This document shows positions 17,725 through 26,465 of a stretch of 45,742 nucleotides of DNA, piece by piece. The notes under the pieces were generated by a model that was not told where the DNA came from, searched no databases, and saw only the letters and a list, made by a program, of their open reading frames with translations. The DNA is from an uncultured Candidatus Saccharibacteria bacterium (GTDB lineage: Bacteria; Patescibacteriota; Minisyncoccia; Phycocordibacterales; JACOZG01). How positions within the stretch are numbered: the first letter of the stretch is position 1; the number at the start of each line of letters is the position of its first letter. The translations under genes and the position numbers were made by a program. Location of the stretch: NCBI GenBank assembly GCA_964460805.1, contig CAYWPU010000004.1, forward strand, positions 1 to 45,742. The letters are read 5' to 3'.

Positions 17725-18336
17725 GTGGATATGCTCTCAAGTGTGAAGTTCTCTGAACCCAAACTTGGTTATGACGAGGTGGGCAAGATTATTGCCGAGT
17801 CAGGTATCCCCAATATCTTGCTCTTGGGCGCTGGTCTCTCGCCGCGTGGCTGGGAACTGACGGCCAATCCTGATTTCCATTGCTTGGAGTGGGATGTGGC
17901 GGCCGTGGTGCCTTCCAAGCAGCAGTTGATCAAATACGCACTCTTGGCTCAGCAACCCAGCGTGCGAGAGAATCTCCATGTTATGAGCCTGGATCCTAAG
18001 AATCAGGCCCAGTTCGGCATTCTCACTGCCTACCTCACTACCATCCGGGAACAAGGCTTGTGTGTGGTGAGTGAGAACTTGATCAACGATGGTCACCCCT
18101 TCTCGCCCAACGAGCAGACCTTCACTATCCGCCTGGGCGATACGATCCGTCGTTGTGAGTCGCCCAAGACACTCTGGATCATTGCCGAGTCTGACCGTGG
18201 GTGGAGTAAGCTGAGTTCCACCTACTTCACCTCTCATAGCTTTGCCCGGTTGGAGAACGTGCCTTTCCCGGGCGGCGAGGTGCGGGTCTACCAGCCCTAT
18301 GCCGTCTCTCCGGCGCTTGCGACGAGCGCCCGGTGA
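17725..18336 (+). CDS. hypothetical protein (alternative ATG start at 17731)
   Basis: 203 aa with no confident motif (ILLLGAGLS is only weakly Rossmann-like). A strong terminator follows. Confidence 0.5.
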   Translation: MDMLSSVKFSEPKLGYDEVGKIIAESGIPNILLLGAGLSPRGWELTANPDFHCLEWDVAAVVPSKQQLIKYALLAQQPSVRENLHVMSLDPKNQAQFGILTAYLTTIREQGLCVVSENLINDGHPFSPNEQTFTIRLGDTIRRCESPKTLWIIAESDRGWSKLSSTYFTSHSFARLENVPFPGGEVRVYQPYAVSPALATSAR

Positions 18337-18345
18337 GAGAGGCGA

Positions 18346-18385
18346 GAACCCTAGCGACGAGAGTTGCTAGGGTTCTTTATTTTTC
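18346..18385 (+). terminator. rho-independent terminator
   Basis: gaaccctagc (18346-18355) pairs with gctagggttc (18366-18375), followed by tttattttt. Confidence 0.85.
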
Positions 18386-18424
18386 CTCCCAGAACCGCTA
18401 TAGTGGTGGCGAGTGCTAGTGCAG

Positions 18425-18480
18425 TGCCAGGTCGTCCCTCGGCCGTAGCCCGGCCCACGGGCGAGGCTAATGGTAGGACA
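18425..18480 (+). pseudogene. displaced, decayed copy of the tRNA-Gln 5' part (acceptor 5' strand plus D arm) split by a 30-nt GC-rich hairpin insert
   Basis: TGCCAGGTCGTC (18425-18436) and CTAATGGTAGGACA (18467-18480) match TGCCAGATCGTCTAATGGTAGGACA at 18724-18748, with 1 substitution. Confidence 0.6.
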
Positions 18481-18483
18481 AAT

Positions 18484-18738
18484 ATGTATTACATTTACGT
18501 TCTGCAGAGTGGGAAAGATGGTAATCTGTACATTGGTTGTACGAGCAACCTTGCGCAAAGGTTAAAAGCACATCAGAATGGATTGGTTCGTTCCACCAGA
18601 AGCCGTTTGCCGCTATCGCTTGTTTATCGGGAGAGCTATGACAACATACACGAGGCTTACAGAGCGGAGAGGTCATATAAGACAGCAGGAGGCAAGCGGC
18701 AATTGAAGCGGAAGATAAAAGATTGCCAGATCGTCTAA
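18484..18738 (+). CDS. GIY-YIG nuclease family protein (84 aa, COG2827/URI-like)
   Basis: MYYIYVLQSGKDGNLYIGCTSNLAQRLKAHQNG contains GIY...YIG plus Arg. The last 5 codons (15 nt including the TAA stop, 18724-18738) lie inside tRNA-Gln. The ORF-track N-terminal extension (18364) was dropped. Confidence 0.8.
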   Translation: MYYIYVLQSGKDGNLYIGCTSNLAQRLKAHQNGLVRSTRSRLPLSLVYRESYDNIHEAYRAERSYKTAGGKRQLKRKIKDCQIV

Positions 18739-18794
18739 TGGTAGGACAGCGGCCTTTGGAGCCGTGAATCTAGGTTCGAATCCTAGTCTGGCAA
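18724..18794 (+). tRNA. tRNA-Gln(TTG)
   Basis: TGCCAGA/TCTGGCA acceptor, D stem GTCT/GGAC, anticodon stem GCGGC/GCCGT with loop CTTTGGA, T arm CTAGG-TTCGAAT-CCTAG. Confidence 0.9.
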
Positions 18795-18805
18795 CAAGGG
18801 GAAAT

Positions 18806-19864
18806 ATGGAAAAGAAGTCATTAAATCAAAATCTGCACAAGGCCAGCGCGGCTAAGAAAGATGAGTTCTACACTCAGCTGGTTGATATTGAAAAAGAGCT
18901 GAAGCATTACAAGAGTCAGTTCCACGGCAAGGTTGTCTATTGCAATTGCGATGATCCCTTTGAGAGTAATTTCTTTAAATACTTTGCGGCCAACTTTAAC
19001 GCCCTCAAGCTCAAGAAGCTCATCACCACCAGCTTTGTACGGTCACCAATTGCGGGCGGGCAATTGCCCCTGCTGGATATTGAAGGACTCAAACCAGATG
19101 GCAAGGAGCCCTATGCGGTGGAGATCACAGCGGTGCCTGATACAAACGATGACGGCGCGGTGGGACTAGACGATGTGAAGCACTTGCTGGAGCATGACAA
19201 GAACACCGCCACGCCGCTCAAGGGTAACGGCGACTTCCGCAGTGAGGAGTGCGTTGAGCTACTCAAGCAAGCAGATATTGTGGTCACCAATCCGCCTTTC
19301 TCGCTCTTCCGCGAATATGTGGCGCAGTTAGTAGAATATGACAAAAAGTTTCTGATTCTTGGAAATCAAAATGCCATCATCTATAAAGAAATTTTCAATT
19401 TTATAAAATCAAATAAACTGTGGCTTGGTTATGATAATGGCGGGACTAAATGGTTCCAAGTTCCAAATGATTATGATATACCCACAGAATCAAGAATAAA
19501 AATTGAAAAGGGAATCAAGTATTTTAGTATGGGTAGTATTGTGTGGTTCACAAACCTTGACACAACAAAGCGTCACGAGCAACTGACTTTGTATAAAAAA
19601 TATTCTCCGGAGGAGTATCAGAAATATGAAAATTATGATGCGATTGAAGTTCCCAGGTTTCTTGATATTCCTATGGACTACGATGGAGTAATGGGTGTGC
19701 CGATAACTTTTTTGGATAGATATAATCCAGATCAGTTTGAAATTATTGGATCAAATCGGGGCGTGGATCAGGACCCAAAAGGTATTTATGGACGGGGATC
19801 GTTTTTGGGTGGGAAAGAGACCTTTAAGCGATTATTTATAAAAAACAAAAAGGTGGGGGAATAA
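18806..19864 (+). CDS. N6-adenine DNA methyltransferase, EcoRI-methylase-like family (no cognate endonuclease seen)
   Basis: N-terminal KKDEFYT, CNCDDPFESNFFKYF and catalytic VVTNPPFS. Trimmed to ATG 18806, downstream of the tRNA. Confidence 0.7.
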   Translation: MEKKSLNQNLHKASAAKKDEFYTQLVDIEKELKHYKSQFHGKVVYCNCDDPFESNFFKYFAANFNALKLKKLITTSFVRSPIAGGQLPLLDIEGLKPDGKEPYAVEITAVPDTNDDGAVGLDDVKHLLEHDKNTATPLKGNGDFRSEECVELLKQADIVVTNPPFSLFREYVAQLVEYDKKFLILGNQNAIIYKEIFNFIKSNKLWLGYDNGGTKWFQVPNDYDIPTESRIKIEKGIKYFSMGSIVWFTNLDTTKRHEQLTLYKKYSPEEYQKYENYDAIEVPRFLDIPMDYDGVMGVPITFLDRYNPDQFEIIGSNRGVDQDPKGIYGRGSFLGGKETFKRLFIKNKKVGE

Positions 19865-19868
19865 TTAT

Positions 19869-20123
19869 ATGGATAATCAAAAAAAATTTTCAGAATATAA
19901 AAATGACATTTTGAAAGCCCTAAATGAAAAAAGGCTTAGAGGTGAAATTAAGTTACAAGAAAAGGTTACTCTTGTTGAGGGGTTTTTTATGCAGAGTTTT
20001 CAAGATACCTTGCACGGCATACAACTTGGTGGCCGAACGGTGCCCTCAATTATGCTTGTTGGCGAGAGTGGACAAATATATTTTTTTGCATTAAAGGTTA
20101 TTCTTCCTGACGCAATAATTTAA
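19869..20123 (+). CDS. hypothetical small protein (84 aa)
   Basis: Starts 4 nt after the methyltransferase stop, with GGTGGGGGA upstream. AT-rich block. No motif recognised. Confidence 0.5.
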   Translation: MDNQKKFSEYKNDILKALNEKRLRGEIKLQEKVTLVEGFFMQSFQDTLHGIQLGGRTVPSIMLVGESGQIYFFALKVILPDAII

Positions 20124-20126
20124 TTT

Positions 20127-20600
20127 ATGATTGAAGAAGAACAAAAAAAAGAAGGTAGTTTTGGTAAAATCATAGCGGACGGGATTCAAAGTATTTCTAA
20201 TAAAAATATCGAACTTGCTCTTAAAAATAGAGATGTCCAATTTCAAGAAGCAATTGAAAGCACAAAAAAAGAGGCAGATAAAATTGCGAGAGAAGCCGTA
20301 AAAGATCAAATTGAAACTGCCAAAAAAGACATGTTTATAATTTTTGGAATTTTCGCATCATTTATAACTTTTGTTGCTGGCGAAATAAGTATTTTGAAAA
20401 CAATAGATAATATATATGATAAGGTTGGATTCAGTTTTCTTTTTGTGTCTTTTGTCCAGGGGTTTTTATTTGGGGTTATGTTTTTACTTGATTCTGAAGT
20501 CATAAAAGACAAGTATAAAAAAATGGGTTGGGTTTTCTCCCTGTTTTTCTTTATGGGTTTAGCTTTTATGGTGATACCGTCTTTAATTAAAGCTTCATAA
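20127..20600 (+). CDS. hypothetical membrane protein (charged N-terminal helix region plus 3 predicted TM segments)
   Basis: Starts 3 nt after the previous stop. TM-like runs are MFIIFGIFASFITFVAG, FSFLFVSFVQGFLFGVMFLL and WVFSLFFFMGLAFMVIPSLI. Confidence 0.55.
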   Translation: MIEEEQKKEGSFGKIIADGIQSISNKNIELALKNRDVQFQEAIESTKKEADKIAREAVKDQIETAKKDMFIIFGIFASFITFVAGEISILKTIDNIYDKVGFSFLFVSFVQGFLFGVMFLLDSEVIKDKYKKMGWVFSLFFFMGLAFMVIPSLIKAS

Positions 20601-20713
20601 AAACCAAACTACACAAAACCAAAACTCACAGAGTAGCGGTTAAGGTGTAAATATGTTATAATTAAATTATGGAAAATATTGATGGGGACAGGATAAAGAC
20701 AACTAAATGAAGT

Positions 20714-21553
20714 ATGAAAAAAGAACTCATACAGTCTCTCGTAGATAATTTTGAGTCTTGCGCCAAGAAGACAGAAGATGGTGTGGAGTTCTGGCTAGCG
20801 CGGGATTTGCAACAGCTATTGGGATATGACAAGTGGGACAATTTTTTGAATGCTATTTCCAAGGCGAAAATAGCTTGTGAAAACACGGGGCATCAAATCG
20901 CTGATCATTTTGCCGACGTCGGGAAAACGATCCAGATGCCAAAGGGCGCTCAAAAAGAAGTGCCGGATCTGATGCTAACCCGCTACGCTTGTTATCTGAT
21001 AGCCCAGAATGGCGACCCGCGGAAGGAAGAAATCGCCTTTGCTCAAAATTATTTTGCCGTCCAGACTAGGAAATTTGAGATTATAGAGAAAAGAATCCAG
21101 GAATTTGAGAGGATAAAAGCGCGTCATAAGCTGACAGAAACGGAGAAAGAGTTATCAAGCGTCATCTTCCAGCAGACGCGCAGTGATAAGAATTTTGCGT
21201 TGATTCGCAGCAAGGGTGATAAGGCTCTTTTTGGCTACAGCACTAACGAGATGAAAACTCGTCTAAATATTCCACCAAACCGCGCGCTGGCCGACTTCCA
21301 GCCAACAATTCTGCTTAAAGCCAAGGATTTTGCTACAGAGATAACCATTTTTAACACGAAGGCTAAAAGCTTAAGAACCGAGCAATCAATTTCTGACGAG
21401 CACATTACCAACAACAGGAGTGTGCGCAAGACGTTATTATCTCGCGGGATCAGGCCGGAAAGCTTGCCGGCCGAAGAGGACATTAAAAAAGTTGAACGCA
21501 AACTCTCTGCTGATGCTAAGAAAAGTTTAAAAAAGCTGGAGAAGCTTAAATAA
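20714..21553 (+). CDS. dinD: DNA-damage-inducible protein D (DinD) family
   Basis: EFWLARDLQQLLGYDKWDNF...KAKIACENTGHQIADHF...LTRYACYLIAQNGDPRKEEIAFAQNYFAVQTR matches E. coli DinD as I remember it. Confidence 0.75.
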   Translation: MKKELIQSLVDNFESCAKKTEDGVEFWLARDLQQLLGYDKWDNFLNAISKAKIACENTGHQIADHFADVGKTIQMPKGAQKEVPDLMLTRYACYLIAQNGDPRKEEIAFAQNYFAVQTRKFEIIEKRIQEFERIKARHKLTETEKELSSVIFQQTRSDKNFALIRSKGDKALFGYSTNEMKTRLNIPPNRALADFQPTILLKAKDFATEITIFNTKAKSLRTEQSISDEHITNNRSVRKTLLSRGIRPESLPAEEDIKKVERKLSADAKKSLKKLEKLK

Positions 21554-21565
21554 TTTCAATTAAAT

Positions 21566-22675
21566 ATGAAAATCAAATTGCATCAGATCTCGGTACGCAA
21601 GATAGTAGCTGGCTACAAGGATAGTCAGGAGGAGGGCGTGGTCGCTTACGGCGGTAAGCTGGATATCCGGCCCAAGTATCAGCGTGAGTTTGTGTATAAA
21701 CCGGAACAGCGCAATGCTGTGATCAGGACGGTGAGTCACCAGTTCCCGCTCAATGTGATGTACTGGATAGAGAACAGCGCGGGGAGCTATGAGTTGCTAG
21801 ATGGTCAACAACGGACACTCAGCATTTGCCAATATGTGAACGGCGATTTTTCTATCAATGATCGCTTTTTCCATAATCTGACTAAAGAGGAACAAGAGCA
21901 GATCCTGGATTATGAGCTGATGATCTACTTCTGTGACGGCACGGACAAAGAGCGGATTGACTGGTTTGGTGTGATCAATACGGCGGGGGAGAAGCTCACA
22001 CCGCAGGAGCTCTTGAACGCCGTCTACACCGGCCCGTGGCTCAGTGATGCCAAACTCAAGTTCAGTAAATCAAACTGCGCGGCATATCTCTTGGCGAGCG
22101 ATGGCGGGCAATTGGTCAGCGGCTCGCCCATCCGGCAGGAATATTTGGAGACAGCCCTCTCTTGGATCAATAATGGCGATGTGGCTGGTTATATGGCCAA
22201 GCATCAGCATGATAAAAACGCGGATGAACTGTGGCGATATTTCCAAAATGTGATTGAATGGGTGCGGAATAATTTTATAAATTATCGCAGAGAAATGGCG
22301 AGTGTGAGCTGGGGCGAGCTTTACAATGCATACAAAGACAAAAAGCTTGACGCTGGAAAGCTGGAAAAAGAAATCAGTAAGTTGATGCAAGATGAGGATG
22401 TGAGCAAGAAATCGGGCATCTATGAGTACGTTTTAACGAGAAATGAAAGGGCTCTAAATATCCGGGCTTTTAATGACAGAATGAAGCGCGAGGCATATGA
22501 GAGGCAGAAAGGCGTTTGCCCGTGGTGCAAAAAAGAGAAGAAAGAAAAACAGAAATGGGATATTGCAGAAATGGAAGCCGATCACATCACGCCTTGGCAC
22601 GAGGGTGGGAAAACTCTTGCAGAGAATTGTCAGATGTTATGCAGGGAACATAACCGGACTAAGTCGGGGAACTAA
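21566..22675 (+). CDS. DUF262 (ParB-like, DGQQR) protein with a C-terminal HNH nuclease; GmrSD-like type IV restriction candidate
   Basis: LLDGQQRTLSI motif. The C-terminus is CPWCKK...ADHITPWHEGGKT..NCQMLCREHNRTKS. Confidence 0.75.
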   Translation: MKIKLHQISVRKIVAGYKDSQEEGVVAYGGKLDIRPKYQREFVYKPEQRNAVIRTVSHQFPLNVMYWIENSAGSYELLDGQQRTLSICQYVNGDFSINDRFFHNLTKEEQEQILDYELMIYFCDGTDKERIDWFGVINTAGEKLTPQELLNAVYTGPWLSDAKLKFSKSNCAAYLLASDGGQLVSGSPIRQEYLETALSWINNGDVAGYMAKHQHDKNADELWRYFQNVIEWVRNNFINYRREMASVSWGELYNAYKDKKLDAGKLEKEISKLMQDEDVSKKSGIYEYVLTRNERALNIRAFNDRMKREAYERQKGVCPWCKKEKKEKQKWDIAEMEADHITPWHEGGKTLAENCQMLCREHNRTKSGN

Positions 22676-22683
22676 AATACCCC

Positions 22684-23028
22684 TCACCACAATAAGAATA
22701 TAGAGATCAGGAAAACGGCGGCTACGCCGGCGGCAAAGATGCCGATGGTCTGGAAGAAAAACTTCATCGCCGCCTCGCGCTGGTTCTCTAGGAGTAGTAG
22801 CACTGGCCGGTAGAAGAAGAGGTAAGCCATCACGGCCACCGAGAGCACCAGCAGTCCCAGGCCGGCGATGGGGAAGAGGATGATATCTTCCTTATCGCCC
22901 AGTAGTGCGGAAATTTGGGAGACCAGCAAGATCACACCGGCAATGTAGGCGAGGGCGAGCAGAGCGTGATGGAGCGGCTTTTTAAGCATAGTTAACTGTA
23001 ACTGTGTATAAAGTCTAGTATAGAGCAA
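22684..23028 (-). CDS. hypothetical 3-TM membrane protein (start probably ATG at 22989)
   Basis: Hydrophobic throughout. Divergent from xfp. Confidence 0.5.
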   Translation of the reverse strand: MLYTRLYTQLQLTMLKKPLHHALLALAYIAGVILLVSQISALLGDKEDIILFPIAGLGLLVLSVAVMAYLFFYRPVLLLLENQREAAMKFFFQTIGIFAAGVAAVFLISIFLLW

Positions 23029-23063
23029 AAGAGTGGCGAGTCAACTCGTGTTATAATTAGCTG

Positions 23064-25391
23064 ATGATTAGGGAATATGTCCGCGCGGCCAATTACCTCA
23101 GCGCCATCCAGATCTATTTGCAAGATAATTATTTGCTGGAGCGGCCGCTCGCGAGCGAGGATATTAAGCCGCGTCTCCTTGGCCACTGGGGCACTTGCCC
23201 GGGCATCAACTTTCTCTACGCACATCTTAACGATCTGATCATCCGCCATCGGCTCAATATGATGTTCATCCTCGGCCCGGGGCACGGCTTCCCAGCCTTG
23301 CAGGCTAATCTGTTTTTAGAAAATACTCTGGCGCGTTATTACCCCGAGGCGAGCCAGAGCGAGAGCGGTATTGCCCACATCGCCAAGCAGTTTAGCTGGC
23401 CCTACGGCTTCCCTAGTCACTCTAGCCCGGCCGCGCCGGGGGTGATTGTGGAGGGCGGCGAGCTGGGCTACGCGCTGGCTACTGCCTGGGGCGCGGTGTT
23501 GGATAATCCCAGCTTGATTGTGGCGTGCATGGTGGGCGATGGCGAGGCGGAGACAGGGCCCACTGCCGCGGCCTGGCACCTGGCTAAGCTGGTAGATCCG
23601 CAGAGCAACGGTGCTGTCCTGCCTATTTTGCACCTCAACGGCTACAAGATCTCCGGGCCCACCATCTTTGGCCGGATGAAGGACACAGAACTGCTGGAGC
23701 TCTTCCATGGCTATGGCTATGCGCCGCTAGTTGTCACCGGCGATGACAAGGCTCTCTATGAGCAGATGCCAATAGCGCTAGAGACTTGCCTAGAGCGGAT
23801 CCGCGCGCTCCAGGCGGGCAAGAGGGGAACGGGAGATAATTATCCGCGCTGGCCCATGATCATCCTCCGCACCCCCAAGGGCTGGACGGGCATTGCGGAA
23901 TTGAAGGGTAATAAGATAGAGGGTAATTGTCTATCGCATCAGGTGGTGGGCACAGCGGCCAAGACGGATGAAACTGAGCGCCAGGCAGTGGAGCGCTGGT
24001 TGCGCTCTTATCACTTTGGCGATTTATTTGATAAAGCGAGCGGCTTTAGCGAGGCGGTGACTCAGCTTATCCCGCCGCCGGAGCTCGCCATGGGTGAGAA
24101 CAAGCACGCGTTTGGTCTCAAGCATCTTGGCCAGGCGCTCCAGTTGCCACCGGCGGAGAGCTTAATGGAAGAGGCGAGTGAGCCCGGTACACTCGGCTCT
24201 AGCGGCATGCAACGGATGGCGCTTTATCTCAAAGAAGTTTTTGCGCTCAATCGGGAGAGTCGCAATTTCCGCCTCTTCTCGCCCGATGAGACTTATTCCA
24301 ATAAACTGCATCCGGTCTTTGCCGAGACGGCGCGCGCCTTTGCTGGCCCGGTGGAGCCTTGGGATAGAGATCTGCGGCCGGATGGCCGGGTGATGGAGCT
24401 ACTATCAGAGCACTCTCTGCAAGGCTTGGCACAGGGCTATGTGCTCACCGGACGGCACGCGGTTTTTGCCTCGTATGAGGCTTTCATCCAAGTGGTGTCT
24501 AGCATGGCGGATCAGTATGCCAAGTTCCTCCGCATTGCGCGCGAGATCTCTTGGCGTGGTGATGTGCCGTCGTTTAATTATATTCTCACCTCGTCTGGCT
24601 GGCGCCAGGAACATAACGGCTTCTCGCATCAGAACCCCGGCTTTATTGACGCCATGCTACAGAAGCAGGGTTGCTTTGTTAAAGTCTTCTTCCCGCCCGA
24701 TGGCAACACCGCGCTCGCTGTGCTAGAGCAGTGCCTGGCTTCTAAAAATGAGATTAATGTAATTGTAGCTGGCAAGACACTAGAGCCGCGCTGGCTCACG
24801 CCAGAGCTGGCGCGGCAGGAGTTGCAGACCGGCTTGATGACTTGGGATTTTGCCAGCGATCCTGATCCTCAGATCGTTTTCTCTGCTGCTGGTGAGTATC
24901 TGACTAAAGAGTCTCTGGCCGCGATGCAGATTATCCGTTCTCACCTGCCTCAAGTCCGGCTGCGTTTTGTTAATATTTTAGAAATATCGGCAATCGGCAT
25001 TGGCAATACGCTCTGTCGCGTCTCGCCGCTCTCTTTTGCTGATTATTTCACCGCTCAGGCGCCAGTGATCTTCAATTTCCACGGCTATCCGGAGACGCTC
25101 AAGCAGGTGCTCTTTGATCACCAGACTGGCTCTAACCGCTTCCGTGTCCATGGCTATATTGAGAATGGCTCTACTACTACGCCGTTTGATCTCCACTTGC
25201 GCAATCATACCAGCCGCTATGATCTGGCGATGGAGGCGTTCCAGATTCTCGCAGAGAAAAATATTATTCCGTCTGGCCAGGCGGAAGAGCTGATAGAGAG
25301 CTACCAGCGCGCGATTGCTAGTCATCGCGCGTTCATCACTCGCTATGGCATTGATCCGGCAGAGATCGCCGAGTGGCGGTGGTCGCGCTAA
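23064..25391 (+). CDS. xfp: xylulose-5-phosphate/fructose-6-phosphate phosphoketolase
   Basis: AANYLSAIQIYL, RLLGHWGTCPG, EGGELGYAL and GDGEAETGP (TPP motif). 775 aa. ATG lies 6 nt after TGtTATAAT. Confidence 0.9.
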   Translation: MIREYVRAANYLSAIQIYLQDNYLLERPLASEDIKPRLLGHWGTCPGINFLYAHLNDLIIRHRLNMMFILGPGHGFPALQANLFLENTLARYYPEASQSESGIAHIAKQFSWPYGFPSHSSPAAPGVIVEGGELGYALATAWGAVLDNPSLIVACMVGDGEAETGPTAAAWHLAKLVDPQSNGAVLPILHLNGYKISGPTIFGRMKDTELLELFHGYGYAPLVVTGDDKALYEQMPIALETCLERIRALQAGKRGTGDNYPRWPMIILRTPKGWTGIAELKGNKIEGNCLSHQVVGTAAKTDETERQAVERWLRSYHFGDLFDKASGFSEAVTQLIPPPELAMGENKHAFGLKHLGQALQLPPAESLMEEASEPGTLGSSGMQRMALYLKEVFALNRESRNFRLFSPDETYSNKLHPVFAETARAFAGPVEPWDRDLRPDGRVMELLSEHSLQGLAQGYVLTGRHAVFASYEAFIQVVSSMADQYAKFLRIAREISWRGDVPSFNYILTSSGWRQEHNGFSHQNPGFIDAMLQKQGCFVKVFFPPDGNTALAVLEQCLASKNEINVIVAGKTLEPRWLTPELARQELQTGLMTWDFASDPDPQIVFSAAGEYLTKESLAAMQIIRSHLPQVRLRFVNILEISAIGIGNTLCRVSPLSFADYFTAQAPVIFNFHGYPETLKQVLFDHQTGSNRFRVHGYIENGSTTTPFDLHLRNHTSRYDLAMEAFQILAEKNIIPSGQAEELIESYQRAIASHRAFITRYGIDPAEIAEWRWSR

Positions 25392-25408
25392 TTGCTTAAA
25401 TAAAAAAC

Positions 25409-26410
25409 ATGCAAATTCTAATTGTTAATCCCGGCAGTGAATCTAGAAAGTATGCTCTCTATAGTGATACGCGCGAGCTTTGGTCTGTCCATATTGAGAA
25501 CAACCACGAGCGTTTGACTGAAGAGCAACTCGCTGACTGCCAGCCAGACGTGATCGCCTTCCGTATTGTGGCGCCGGGCGATTTTTTCCAATCCCATCGC
25601 CCCGTTGATCCAGAATATTTGCAAACTCTCGCTCGGGCGCGATCTCGTGCGCCGCTCCATATTGATCCAGTCTTGGCGGAAATAGAGTTTTTCCAAGCTC
25701 GCTTCCCGGCCAGTCGTTTATTTGCTGTCTCCGATTCTGCTTTCCATCGCACTCTGCCAGATCACGCGCGAGTTTATGCCCTGCCTTTTTCAGATACAAC
25801 AGATTTAGAGCTCGCACGCTTCGGCTATCACGGCATCTCGCTCGCTTCAATAGTCAGGACGCTCCGGGAGAGAGGTGCCGTGCCTAGGCGTGTGGTGGCT
25901 TGCCACTTGGGAGGAGGCTCTAGCATCACCGCTTTGCGCGCGGGGGAGAGCGTGGATACCAGCATGGGCTTTAGTCCTCTGGCTGGCTTGCCCATGGCCA
26001 CACGGGCTGGTGATCTTGATCCTGGCGCGCTGAGCTACTTGGCTGAGGCTAAAGATCTGCACGGCGAGCAGTTAACACAGTACTTAGCCCAAGAGAGTGG
26101 TTTCTTGGGCGTTGCCGGTACAGCGGATATGCGGGAACTACTGGCGCGCGAGTTGGCGGGGGATGAGCGCGCGGCCCTGGCGATCCGGCTATTTGTTTAC
26201 CAGATCAGGAAGTTTATTGGCGCGTATCGGGCCGTGCTTGGCGGGCTAGACTTGCTGGTCTTCTCTGGCACTATCGGCGAGCGTTCCGAGCCGATCCGGA
26301 GCAAGGTGCTAGAGGGTTTAGATCTCGCCGGTGCTGGCGTGGAGGTGATTGCCAGTAACGAGATGGCCGAGATGGCTAGTATCGTGTGTGAGGAACTGCA
26401 AACACAATAA
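25409..26410 (+). CDS. ackA: acetate kinase family protein (short, 333 aa)
   Basis: ILIVNPGSESRKY, FGYHGIS, CHLGGGSSITA and FSGTIGERSEPIR. It lies downstream of xfp. Confidence 0.75.
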   Translation: MQILIVNPGSESRKYALYSDTRELWSVHIENNHERLTEEQLADCQPDVIAFRIVAPGDFFQSHRPVDPEYLQTLARARSRAPLHIDPVLAEIEFFQARFPASRLFAVSDSAFHRTLPDHARVYALPFSDTTDLELARFGYHGISLASIVRTLRERGAVPRRVVACHLGGGSSITALRAGESVDTSMGFSPLAGLPMATRAGDLDPGALSYLAEAKDLHGEQLTQYLAQESGFLGVAGTADMRELLARELAGDERAALAIRLFVYQIRKFIGAYRAVLGGLDLLVFSGTIGERSEPIRSKVLEGLDLAGAGVEVIASNEMAEMASIVCEELQTQ

Positions 26411-26465
26411 CTTTTTTATTTTTTTGCCGCTTGCGGTGGCGAATGTATAGAGTTAAACTGCGAGC

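Noticed and set aside
18364-18483. N-terminal extension of the GIY-YIG ORF (ORF-track start 18364)
   Set aside because: The extension overlaps the upstream terminator and the tRNA-Gln 5' fragment. The GIY-YIG domain begins at the M of MYYIYVLQ (18484).
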